Source of the DNA: Eledone cirrhosa
Lineage: Eukaryota
Direction of reading: 5' to 3'
DNA: 64,000 nucleotides
Assembly: GCA_964016885.1 (NCBI GenBank)
Contig: OZ024751.1
Location: 26,350,001-26,414,000, forward strand
In this document: piece after piece, positions 37,974-50,290 of the stretch
Layout of the letters: each line of letters opens with the position of its first letter
How positions within the stretch are numbered: the stretch's first letter is position 1
Notes under the pieces: model-generated
Told to the model about the DNA's origin: nothing
What the model saw: only the letters and a program-made list of their open reading frames with translations
The model's database searches: none
Translations under genes and position numbers: made by a program

Positions 37974-40900
37974 TATTGTTGTTTATTCCCATGTTGACCC
38001 ATTTTTTTATATAGTTTTCGGTGCGCCCGGCCGATTAACTCACTCGATATGCAAATTAGGCTGCTCAGCCGTTAATATGCATAAAGAAAGTATATACTTT
38101 CAGACGTTTAATCATCTGGCAGGAAGGTATACGGTGCTGACGATAGCTAATAAGCTTGAAACTAGTACATCATTCCTTTGTCAGTGTTGAACAAAAGGAC
38201 AACGGTGGTTGCTAAACACTGTACGGCTTTATTCGGGATGTTTGTTTACAAACAAACCGAGCATTATAATAAATGTTCGGTGAATCCATACGTACCTATA
38301 TATATGTGTGCATGTATGTATATATATACATACTACTGTACGTATATATATATATATATCGCCACCAAAACTGGTTGACCTCGCCCGTAGTGCTCATGTG
38401 TACCATAATAATGTATTCACTACTTAAATATAAGTTGAATTGTTTTTGTTTTGATGGCTCTAATGACACCATAAATGTGTGTTGTTGTTGTTGTTGTTGT
38501 TGTTATTATTATTTGTTTTTGTTTGCAGCTCGTTTAGTGTCCTACGGCCATGATTTTGAAGATAAAACTGAATCAGAGAAGGAAGATAGTGATGCAGACC
38601 CTGATCCAGAGAAATTCCTAGTTGTAAGTTATTTAGTTTTTCTATTTTCTCATTCTCATTATTAGCTGCTATGACAACACTCTATACTAGTTTCATTCAT
38701 TAGACTGTGACCATTATTGGCCCAATTTAGCTCATATTGAACCTAAATCTTTATCATCACCACCATCATTTTTACATTGACTTTTCCATGTCGGCATGGG
38801 TTGGACAGGACTTTCTAGCACTAGTCTGTTTAATTGCTTCTAATGACACTCAGGGGTGTGGTGTACCTGTTATGGTGTATTTATTATGACACTTGAGGGT
38901 GTGGTGTACCTGTTATGACACTCATAAATTAACACGTGATACAGTGGTAAAAAAAGGGGGCTGTTTCCTTCATAGCAAGTGAGAATCTCTCAAGAGGCAG
39001 AGAGAGAGATAAACATGTAATACAGTGGTCACAGAAGGGTAGTAAGGTGGACAGTGAGCGAATAACATATTTGCTAGAAAAAGCAGTTAGTACGCTCATG
39101 GTTAACTCGACCATAGGGGAGTTTGGGACAATATAATAATGAAATACACATATTCATCTGTATATATGTATGTGGTGTCCACCTTAACAAGTTTTGCTCG
39201 ATAACCGAAAGAGCTAAAATAATCAAAATAACTAAGATAACTCAATAATCAGAGCTATATGTCAAATTACAAAATATGAGGTAATAATAGACAAAAATAT
39301 ACCTTATTTTTTCTTCAAAGTCCCGACTGCAGTTTCACCAATATATATATATATATATATATATGTGTGTTTTTTTTTGTAGGTGAGTCATGATAAAGAT
39401 TCTATACTGAAGCCAGAACAGGCCTGTAAGTATATATCTAGAACCATTTTTATATCATACTAACTTTGGTTCTACAATACTTAGCTATTTCTTTCTCCCC
39501 CTCTCTCTCATGTGTTATATATTCCACTGACCTCTCTCTCTTGTGTTATATATTCCACTGACCTCTCTCTCATGTGTTATATATTCCACTGACCTCTCTC
39601 TCTTGTGTTATATATTCCACTGACCTCTCTCTCTTGTGTTATATATTCCACTGACCTCTCTCTCATGTGTTATATATTCCACTGACCTCTCTCTCTTGTG
39701 TTATATATTCCACTGACCTCTCTCTCTTGTGTTATATATTCCACTGACCTCTCTCTCATGTGTTATATATTCCACTGACCTCTCTCTCTTGTGTTATATA
39801 TTCCACTGACCTCTCTCTCATGTGTTATATATTCCACTGACCTCTCTCTCATGTATTATATATTCCACTGACCTCTCTCTCATGTGTTATATATTCCACT
39901 GACCTCTCTCTCATGTGTTATATATTCCACTGACCTCTCTCTTGTGTTATATATTCCACTGACCTCTCTCTCTTCTTCATCTCCTCCTCCAGCTTCTCTA
40001 TCCCGCAGTGTACAGAACATGGCAGCAGATGAGATACAACTCCCACCAGAACCACCTGGCCGATGTTCTCGTGCTTTACAGGTAATATTACTTTAATACT
40101 CTTTCCTTCTTTCTTTCTTCCATTCTTATTTATTTTACTTTTTATTGTTCTTTTTTCTTTTGTTATTTTCATTAATTCCTTCTCTCCCCCCTTCCTTATG
40201 TCTTTCTCTCCCCCCTTCCTTATGTCTTTCTCTCCCCCCTTCCTTGTGTCCTTCTCTCCCCCCTTCCTTATGTCTTTCTCTCCCCCCTTCCTTATGTCTT
40301 TCTCTCCCCCCTTCCTTATGTCTTAGAGTTGGTTAATGTTAGCTGAGCCTGTCTGAGGGTGATAAAACCATCCTGCATGCACTCATCTAGTGACCTCGCA
40401 TTCTTGATGTGTGGGGCTATTTCAAACAGTTGTTGTTGCATGTAGAATGGATCCCACTATTGGTTGATTCCCTTGTGAAGATATACCTGCCATCTCCCTT
40501 TAGTCAGGAAGAAGAGCAGACAGTTTTCACCTGCCTGGTGACCCACAGCGAAGGAAGTTGTGTGGTGGACAAGCACTTCCCTCTCTGGTGAAGGAAGTTT
40601 GTTGAAAGATGGGTGAGAGTAGTGAACATGGTCTGAGTGAATGGGCCTGCATGGAGTATGTACCTGTAGATTGCAGGGGTGCAGTCAGGGTGGCCATGGC
40701 TTTTTGTGGGCTTTCTCCATGAGTGACCCAGGGAAATCTTTCCTCTTTTGGAGAATTCATGTTTGTTGTTTTCTGTTCCGAAACTTTTTACCCCAAAAAA
40801 CCTACATTGTATCATCCTGTGCCATCGTTAATATTTACTCCATGTTGGCTCTGTATGGTTAATAAAGAAATTATTATTATTATTATATTTTCAGGAGAAA

Positions 40901-41314
40901 ATAGCTGTCCAATATAACAAAATGAAACAGGAAGGTCGTAATTTAAGTCATAGTATTCAGAAACGGAAAGATTTTAGAAACCCAAGGTAAAATAATGTTT
41001 ATTGTTGTCATATACTGTCAATATATGTCATATTGAGTTTTATATGTTCTATTGTATTGAAGGTACTCTATGTAATATGGGTGCAGTACATAGTAGTGCT
41101 ATTTTCTGTATATATTTAAATCCTGGGGCACCATATGTAATGTGTATACTGTACATAGTAGTGCTATTGTCTGTATGTTGGCTACATTGGTAAACTCAGC
41201 ATGATATAACTACTTAGTTCTACTTTTTTCTGTATGTACCCCCACTTGATGTTTTATAATAAAATTTGTATGAAATATACTCTGAATTTAATGTTCATCG
41301 GGCTTTATATATTT

Positions 41315-41358
<44 letters not shown>

Positions 41359-42603
41359 ATATTTCCATTCTTGTTATAACCATACACAAGTTGAAGAATC
41401 CTTCAGGTGAAACATATATCCTCAACTATGGTATGTTAATTTGTTGTGGAATTAACTCTATACCGAACTCTAACAACTTTTGATATAACTTCCGTTTTTT
41501 CACTACATATATAACTTTTGCCTGCAAGGAGAATAGATGTTGAATACTGATAGATATATGTATGTGTGTAATGTTTATTAGACAAGTATAGTAATTAATA
41601 TGTATTAATTAGTAATATATAAATTTTTATTTCTATTCTATTTGCAGTATTTATGAAAAATTAATTGAATTCTGTCAAATTAATGAGAAAGGCACAAATT
41701 ACCCTCCTGTAAGTAATTAGTTAACTGTTTCATTACCATATTTCTAATGAAAGACACTGCCTATAATTTTTAAAATAATAAATAATTTGGAGAGATTTAG
41801 TAAAATAACTTTCTTATTAACCTACTGTTTGGAGATTAACTTAACAAAGTTTCTTAACATACATATATATATATTAAGAGGTGCGTTAGCAGTTATATCT
41901 GAATAAATACAGACTGTCTATCTGACAGGTTTTCTACGGCTGGATGCCCTTCCTAACACCAACCACATTTACAGTGCGGACTGGGAGCCTTTTTACATGT
42001 CTCCTAAATGACCACTTTACAGTGTGGACTGGGTGCTTTTTGGTTGTGACACCTACACAACCTCTTTAGTGTGGACTGGATGTTCTGTGGTACCAACATA
42101 ACTTTACAGAGAAAGGTTTGTGATGGTGGGAGTGGGAGGATAGAGTAGGGGTAGTGGGTTGGGGTGTATATTTGGTTAAGAGGTGCCTACTGACTGTAGG
42201 TTAACTTTGTACGTAGGGAAGGCAGGTCTTCTGTATTATTGTGTAGTGCCAAAGGTCTCAATCCAGTGACCTTATCGGATTTTATCATGTTGTCCGAGGT
42301 CTTTCTGGGTCTACCTACTTCCATCAATTTCGATCGCCCTGCACTTTTTTATAAAGCTGTTGTCCTTCATGCACATCACGTGACCATACCAACGTAACCT
42401 TCTCTCAAGTAAACAGTATCTGATCCCTCTTATTCCTAATATCTCATTTAGTTCATTTATGTTTTGCAGTTCGTGTATATTACTATTACACATCCAACGG
42501 AGCATGCATGCTTCGTTCCAATCTGCGCAGGTCCTCTGCACACAATGCCCATGTCTCACTATGTTGGTGCAGTCTTGGTTACATTTATACAAATATAAAC
42601 TTT

Positions 42604-42640
<37 letters not shown>

Positions 42641-42920
42641 CTGAAAGTGCGTGGCTGAGTGTTTGGAGAATTTGATTCACAATCGTGAGGCCGATGCGAT
42701 ATGTCCTTGAGCAAGACTCTTTATTTCATATTGCTCCTTCTACCAGGAGTTGCAACCAATAGATAGTATTAGCAATTGGAAAGACCAATGGAAACAGTTT
42801 CCTCGGTCCGATAATGTCCATTTTATCCATGCTAGTATGGGTTAATATATATACTACCAAAATTAAATTAAAGATACCATGTCTGAGAATATCAGAAGCA
42901 TGCGCCATATCACCTGTGGA

Positions 42921-42959
<39 letters not shown>

Positions 42960-43878
42960 TATATATAAATTTCGTTTTAAAATATGATTATCTTGAGAAT
43001 CCAACATTTGTTTAGCAGGAAAACAAATGATAATAATTTAGATTTTAATGATTTTTTTTCTTTAAATCAAATTTTTTCAGGAAATATTTGATCCGTTAGT
43101 GTGGGGTTCTGATTCCCTTTATGATTCCTTAGGTAAGTAGTCTCACATGTCTTTTAACTTTTACTACTAATGACAATCATCATCATCATCACCGTTTTAC
43201 GTCCGTTCTTCCACGCTAGCATGGTTTAGACAGGTTGTCCTGTTGTGGGCAGTGTCTGGTCGGCTGACCATGCCTTGCTCATACAGGAACTGATTCTGGC
43301 TTGATTTCTACAGCTGGATGCCCTTCCTAACACCAACCTCATTTACAGTGAGTGCTGGGGGCTTGTTCCGTGGCGCCTACACGTCCACTTTACAGTGTGG
43401 GCTGGGTGCTTTTTTGCCGTGGCACCTCCATGACCACCTTGCAGTGGGAGGGTGTGGGGGCATATTGTCTATATGCTTCAGCTTGTACCCATGGGAGGTC
43501 GGGTAGTCTGTATTACTCCGTGACGCCAGAGGTCACGGTCGTGTGTTATCACCTTTGAGAGGTGACAATACTTATGACAACTACTACTAATAACAACAAC
43601 AACAACGTAATTCTTGCTATATTTCTATTGCAGACAAAATGCAGAAATTGGACATGGAAAAACGAGAGAAAGAACGCAAAGAAAGAACAAAAGTAAGTTA
43701 CCAGGAGATGACAAAGGACCGTGACAAGTGGAGAGATGCTGTGCTGAATAGGACCCGTCCCACCCTTGCAAGCAGGGAAAAGCAGGCGTAAAATGATGAT
43801 GATGATGATATATATATATATATATATGTGCGTGTGTATATGGAGTTAAGCTGTTGTTTCGACTGTCTCTAATTTAAT

Positions 43879-43913
<35 letters not shown>

Positions 43914-45758
43914 AGACACAGCATGGTTGAATGATTAAGAGGTTCGTTTCACAACCATTAAGTTCCCGAATTCAGTCACACTGCGTGGCATCTCGGGTTG
44001 AATCAAGCCTTGTGAATAAAATTTGGTGGACTGAAACTACGTTGTAAGCTCACCAGATGGGCTGTACCTCTAATTTAAAGGACCACCCTTGTCATACAGT
44101 GTGTCATGTTAAACCTCACTTATGGCCACATATGTCTGTGGAATACTCAACCATTTATGGGTGGCTTATTGTGTTCTTGATCAAAACAATTCATTTGATG
44201 TTGTTCAGCTGAAAATGAGTAACGGTAGATTTGGGAGTTAACCCTGTAATGCACTGCTGTCCTGTCCAGGGGCGAGTTTTGTACACATTTAACATCAATG
44301 AAAATCAGGCTAAGTACCAGCTTGATAAGACTTTGGACTTGGGGCAGACTTTGGACTTTTTTATGTAGTAGATGTTATCAACATTATCACCATTTTACCT
44401 TTGCTTTTCCATGCTTCTATGTGATGGATAGATCATCTCCAACACAGCATTTCCCTCCATTCCTGCTATAATAGTAATAATAATACTGATGTTTTCTTTC
44501 TATTGTTTCAGATTGAGTTTGTGACAGGGACAAAGAAATTGTCATCAGAGGGCCCTGTTGGTAAGTTGGTCTTCATTAATTGCCATCATCATCATCATCT
44601 TTATATGTTTGGCATCACTGTAGGTAATAATGTAATTATCATCACATTGTTTATTATCTCTGTAGGTATCATCATCATCATCATCACTATTTTTCTTGTT
44701 ACCATATTTGTATTAAAAAAACAAAAAGTTTATATTTCTATTTGAAATGTAGTTGTCCCAATGTAAATGCCTATAACAATAGTCTTCTTCTTTGCCCACT
44801 TATTTCTGAGAGTCATGGAAGCCAGAGAACTCAAACTCTATTTCCAGTAGGTCCTGTCAGAAGCAATTGTCTCCAAGTGATCTGGTTGGTTCCCCAAGTA
44901 AGACCAGCCAAGCTCATGGATGTTATCCAACCATCCTGCTCAGAATCTACCCTTGGGTCTCCTGTCGGATGGTTTTGCCCGTAAAATCTGTCCAGCGATT
45001 CTTTCCTGAGACATTCTAACCACATGCCCATAGTATTGGAGCTGTGATCTCTTAATTCGCAGAAGTAGAGGCTTTACCTGTAGTGACTCTCTGATCTCCA
45101 AGCTACACACGCTATAGAGTAACAATACTCCAAAGACCCTTCAGAAGAATCCCATTTTGGCGATTGTATTCTTTCAGTCATTACCCAAGATTCATGACCA
45201 TAGGTAAGGGTTGGCACGATAGCAAATTGAAGATAGAGGGTTTGTCTTTTACATCTACCTCTCCTCTTCTGATTACTGAAGCTGGCGCATTACTGCACCA
45301 GCTCCTGTAATTCTTGCACTTAATTCAGCTTGCCATCACCTGTGAACAGGGTCCCGAGATACTTGAACTTCTCCGCTTACTGAACAATAGTCAACCACTA
45401 TAGAGAAAATCGTGTAAAGTATTCCTTGATCCTGGAGTACTTTACCCAATTTTCTCAACTATTGTTATAGTTATTTACTATAACAACTACACTTCAAATT
45501 ATCTTAATGTCTCTTAAGTCAACTGGATGTTTATTTATTTATATTTGTTTTGTTTGTTTGTTTGTTTCAGAGAAGAAACGTAAGACAAAGTGGGATGCCC
45601 AACCACAGGGAGTTACCACAGCAACAGCTGCCCTAGTGCGACAACCAGGAGTGACATCAGCGATATTAAATGCAACTCGAGGTGCCCTCACAACTGCAGT
45701 GACCGGTACTAAAAGTACCATAATTCCAGCCCTTGGTAATATCTTAAAGACCAAATGA
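37426..45758 (+). CDS. SAP30BP: SAP30-binding protein (HCNGP family), 10 coding exons, 346 aa
   Basis: Exons 37426-37738, 38529-38623, 39383-39425, 39993-40081, 40895-40986, 41648-41708, 43081-43132, 43634-43692, 44512-44560, 45571-45758 join in frame (1041 nt). Motifs: LPPEPPGRCS, IQKRKDFRNPSIYEKLIEFC, GTNYP, KERTKIEFVTGTKK, KRKTKWD. Confidence 0.95.
38529..38623 (+). CDS. SAP30BP: SAP30BP exon 2 (RLVSYGHDFEDK...)
   Basis: tttgcag| ... GTT|gtaagt. Confidence 0.9.
39383..39425 (+). CDS. SAP30BP: SAP30BP exon 3, 43 nt
   Basis: T-rich gtag| ... T|gtaagt; needed to bridge phase 0 to phase 1. Confidence 0.8.
39501..39972. repeat. Minisatellite, 31 bp x 15, in SAP30BP intron 3
   Basis: CTCTCTCTCWTGTGTTATATATTCCACTGAC. 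Confidence 0.97.
39993..40081 (+). CDS. SAP30BP: SAP30BP exon 4 (DEIQLPPEPPGRCSRALQ)
   Basis: ctccag| ... CAG|gtaata. Confidence 0.92.
40330..40885 (+). mobile_element. Probable LINE (L1/Tx1-like) 3' end with AATAAA and (TTA)n tail
   Basis: GC-richer decayed coding-like segment ending AATAAAGAAATTATTATTATT; family assignment tentative. Confidence 0.45.
40895..40986 (+). CDS. SAP30BP: SAP30BP exon 5 (EKIA...IQKRKDFRNP)
   Basis: tttcag| ... AG|gtaaaa. Confidence 0.95.
41648..41708 (+). CDS. SAP30BP: SAP30BP exon 6 (IYEKLIEFCQINEKGTNYPP)
   Basis: ttgcag| ... |gtaagt. Confidence 0.95.
43081..43132 (+). CDS. SAP30BP: SAP30BP exon 7 (EIFDPLVWGSDSLYDSL)
   Basis: tttcag| ... G|gtaagt. Confidence 0.95.
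43175..43445 (-). mobile_element. Second SINE family with (GAT)n tail; copies near 9500-9960, 15360-15665, 17300-17565, 32140-32315, 34435-34605, 41925-42110, 47530-47690, 48820-48965, 60605-60890
   Basis: Recurring GCACCCAGTCCACACTGTAAAGTGGTTGGTGTTAGGAAGGGCATCCAGCTGTAGAAA...CCCATGCTAGCGTGGAA...GGACGTTAAACGATGATG. Confidence 0.8.
43634..43692 (+). CDS. SAP30BP: SAP30BP exon 8 (KMQKLDMEKREKERKERTK)
   Basis: ttgcag| ... |gtaagt. Confidence 0.95.
44512..44560 (+). CDS. SAP30BP: SAP30BP exon 9 (IEFVTGTKKLSSEGPV)
   Basis: tttcag| ... G|gtaagt. Confidence 0.95.
45571..45758 (+). CDS. SAP30BP: SAP30BP exon 10 to stop (KKRKTKWD...ILKTK)
   Basis: tttcag| acceptor; TGA ends at 45758. Confidence 0.95.
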
Positions 45759-47690
45759 ACCCCTCTTCTGACCAACACAGAACACCTGCCTCTCTTTACC
45801 AATATAAACTAATCTCGGCATCTTCTACCTCTAAACACTACCCCCTCCTCTTCATTAAACACTACCCTCCCCTCTTCCTGTGTCTTGGATGTAATGTTGT
45901 TTTACTTCCTGCTGATATATCTTGTTAGAAATTGTTACATGTAGCACATTATGATGTCACCCACTGACATGTGTCATTTGACGTGCCACATACCACATGA
46001 TAGTGTGTTACACTAAGGTGTATCATGTAGTAACATGTTATAGTGTTATATGAAACCTTGTCCTGACAGATACTAGTGTCACACGAGAGTGTGTTATATG
46101 ATATGGCACATCTGGTGTCACATGATATGGCACTAGTGTCACATGAGTGTGTTACATATGGCACATACTAGTGTCACACAAGTATTACATGATCTTGCAC
46201 ATCTGGTGTCACACAAGTGTTACATAATATGGTACATCTTGTGTCACACAAGTGTTACATAATATGGCACCAGTGTCACGATAGAGTTAAGGTTATGACT
46301 CACATGCTTGTCAGCTTAGTGTAGGGTTCAACTTTAAAACCTCATTGGTGGAATAAATGAAGTAAATTTAGATGGTGGTAGAGTAGCAGAGAAAATACCT
46401 TGTGGTGTTTACTTAATCCAGTTTGAGGATACCTCCCTCTTTGACTAAACAGGAAAAGATTTTTTAAAGTGTCAGTTATTAGGAATTTTTCTTTGAATTA
46501 CTGTATATTGTCAAATATAAGCCAAGGAATATGTGACCGAAAACAGTTGAAGGTAGAAGGATGGTCAGCTTAGATTCGGGATCAATATTTTAACAATTTT
46601 CACCAACTTGAAACTCTACTTCTCAGACAGAAAATAGTGGGGTTGTCTTATATTTGGTATATATTTCTTTGGTTGTTACAATATATGTTCTGTTGAACAG
46701 ATGTAGGGTGATTCTGAAAATAAATGATTAGGTTGAATTCTGGATTCAAACACCTTGGAAAATTCTTGGAATCCTTTACATATATATATATATCTTCAAT
46801 TGATAAATTATTGGAGAAGTCTGAAGAAGGAAAATACTTAACTAACTATGTGATATAAGGAACTACTGAACTGGCAGCTGTCAAAGTTAACTGTAACTAT
46901 TGGGGAAGTCAGAAGTCTGTAGAAGGAAAAAGTACTTAGCTATGTGATATAAGGAACTACTGAACTGGCAGCTATTTTGTCATCCTATTAATTATTTAAT
47001 ATCCCGGTGGATTGGCAGTATCAGACACCATGCTTTACAGCACAGAGTTCCGGCCCTTTACGTCCTGAGTTCACATCTCACTGAGGTTAGCTTTGCCTTT
47101 CATCCTTACGGGGTTGATTTAATCGACTTTCCTCTCCCCTTCAAATTACTGGCCTTGTGCCTAAAGTAGAAACTTATTTAATATCCCTGCTAACACTTAG
47201 ACAAAGAAAACTTTTGTTCACCTAATTGTTGGTGATAAGTATTAGACTAAATAGATATACTTGTTTGAGTATCAGTGAAAGAGATACATAATGGTGAGAA
47301 AATTACTGATCAACTGGTGTGTCAAACAAAAATATGGTATTTGTTTCACTGGAATATCACAGATGTTCCCATGTCTGGCTTATTGGAATCTTATAACAAA
47401 ATAGAAAAAACACTAGCTCGTATAACTATAAATTTCTTATCCATCAACCAACTAAATCCGATTTAACCTCAACTAAATTCTATATATCAGTACTCTGCCA
47501 CTCTCTCTCATATATATATATACAGTACTCACTGTAAATGAGTTTGCTGCTAGGAAAGGCATCCAGATGTAGAAATCAAGCCAAAATCAGTTCTGTATGA
47601 GCAAGACATGGCCACCTGATCTAACATTGCTCACAAGATAACTCATCTAACCCATGCCAGAGTGGAAAGATGGATGTTAAACGGTGATGA

Positions 47691-47720
<30 letters not shown>

Positions 47721-47721
<1 letters not shown>

Positions 47722-48812
47722 TATCAGGTCATTAAGTATGAAATGACCGATTTTGAATTGAAAGTTTAGTTTATTTTATCTCAAAAAAAGAAGCAGTGCA
47801 ATTATTCAAAGTATGCCCCTAAACTATCAACGCACTTTTGCCATCTTAATGGTAACTTGTTTATGTTGGCAGCAAAGCAACCTGGAGGGCGAGAGGCAAT
47901 GAAATCATGAAAGGCTGTTTTTACAGCTTCTTGAGAATTGAATGTTTTTCCGTGCAAGAAGTGGTCCAATGCCTGGAAGACGTGATAGTCAGTTGGTGTA
48001 AAGTCTGGTGGATGACAAAGTTTCTAAGTGCAGTTTGTGCAACATGTGGTCAACTGTTGTCCTGCAAGAGGATTGGCCTGTTTCTATTGACCAATCTCAG
48101 CTATTTTATCCAATTGGTTGCAGTATACATCCTCTATATATTGGCCAGGTCTCACAAAACAGTAGTTGATGATGCCAGTGCTGGATCCCCAGACACCATT
48201 AGCGTGTTTTGGACTTTGTTTCGGCACTTCATCTTTATACAGCCATCATGCTGAATACTTGCGGTTGTTGAAAAGAATCTATTTTTCACCATACGTAACA
48301 ATACAATGACAGCATGCTTTGAGACAAGTGCTCTTCTGATGCTCATTCAAGTCATTGGTCCAGCTTCTTTACTTTGCTAATTTGTTTCAAATGGACCAAT
48401 ATTGTTGGAATAGTAACATCAAACCTTGCCGCTAATTCACGTGTAGTTTGAGATGTATCTGCTTCCACTAGTTTTCAGCTCATTATCCACCTTAGTCACA
48501 GGTCTCTCACGTGGCTTATTTTCAGGATAAAAGTTGCCAGAACGGAACTTCTCAAACCATTGAAGTACTGTGTGTTCATCAGCCACATCTTTGCCAAGCA
48601 CATCGTTGATGTTTTGAGCTACCTATGATGCATTGGTTCCACGTCAAAACTCATTAAAAAACAAAACAAATTTTTGACATATCCATAGGTGCACAAAAAT
48701 TGATGAAGTACCTTTGCAATAAAACAAAACCAAGAACTCTCGAGGTGAAATGTTAAAAATAGTGACTCAAACTTAGTGCGTAAGGAAATCAGACACTTCA
48801 TACTATAATGTC
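47721..48812 (-). mobile_element. Decayed mariner element with both TIRs
   Basis: CATTAAGTATGAAATGACCGATTTT is matched by AAATCAGACACTTCATACTATAATG; minus-strand HTH remnants (QWFEKFRSGNF...TTRELAARFDV). Confidence 0.75.
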
Positions 48813-49679
48813 TATCTATCTAACGCTAAAAAGCACCCAGTTGAAGCTGTAGAAACTGAGCCAGAAACAGTTCTGTATGAGCAAAACAGTCACCTGATCT
48901 GACTTGTCTCACAACAGGACTTGTCTAACCCATGCCAATGTGGAGAATGGATGTTATTTGGTGATGATATATGTGTATTGCTCACAATCATGCTGGGTAG
49001 AATAAGCTTTTAACAGTTGGCTTTAAAGACAAAATCTACTCTAATCTGCATTCTCTATAGATTGTAAACATCTTTAAACCGGCTTGATCTCTCACTTCTT
49101 TCTGCTCAAACTGGCTGTAACCAGTCACTCATATTAACATTAAGGTATTCTCAAAATATCAAAATCTCATAGATTCGATATGTGAGATAAAGCCTTTACT
49201 GTGAAAATACAATAGTAAATATAATGTAAGGTTTTTTTCGCTTTAACACTGGTATGAAGCGAAAGGTCCCTGTTATATTATCTGTAACTCTAGTGTTTGA
49301 AGTGAGAGGTCTCTGGTATATATCTGTAATTCCGGTATGTGAGTTATTAGGTTACGATACTATCCATATAGAATATAAATCGTAATAATCTCAATGTTTC
49401 CCAATATTTCAGATGCTGAAACTGAATAATTTGTAAATATTGTAAATAAACTTCTTAGGTTTATTATTGTCGTTGTTGTTGTTGAATTCTTTTTGGCAGC
49501 TTCAAGAAGAAAACAAGACTGATGATTGTCTATCAGGTGTTGTCTTTGATAATTACCTACCAGCTACCTGTAGTCCAGATCTAGAGCTCTACTGTCCTGT
49601 GTTCCATATTCAGGTGTTGTCTTTGATAATTACCTACGCCTTACCTGCATACTGAGCAAGGCCATTTCCCTGAGGGGAT

Positions 49680-50290
49680 CTGTTTTCCTGTCAACTTACA
49701 AGGACCTTAGTCTTTGTCAGGTTGACTCAAACCCCTTTGTTCTAGTCCCTGCTTGGAATTTCTTCTCTACTTCCACTGTAGATTCAGTTATAAGTATAAG
49801 ATCATCTGCATACAGAAGTTCCTATGGGCATTCGGTCTTAAACTCCTCTGTTATAACCTGCAATACAATAATAAACAGCCCTGATGGACACCAACCTGTA
49901 TGCTGAATTCCTTGCTATAGTCATTGTTAATCCGAACTTTGCTGACTGCTCCCCTATACATGGCTTGTACAGCCTTTACAAGCATCCATCTGCTCCTAGT
50001 TTTCTAAGAGCCCACCAGATTATAGCACAGGGCACTCTCTTGAAGGCTTTTTCCAGATCTACAAATGCCAGGTAGAATGGCTTACTTTTAGCTAGGTACT
50101 TTTCCTGTAACTGCCTCACAAGGAAGAGAGCACCAGTGATGCTTTTGCTTGGCACAAACTTGAACTGTATCTCATCTAGATTTACCTGGTCCCTAATCAG
50201 CTGTGCTATAACTCTTTCCATTACTGTCATGACCTGGTCCATCAGCTTTATACCTCTATAGTTTCCTCTATCCTTTACCCTTCTAGCAGT
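49680..50290 (-). mobile_element. RTE-like LINE RT relic
   Basis: ORF 49976..50296 NYRGIKLMDQVM...LAFVDLEKAFKRVP; downstream ELLYADDL. Confidence 0.85.
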
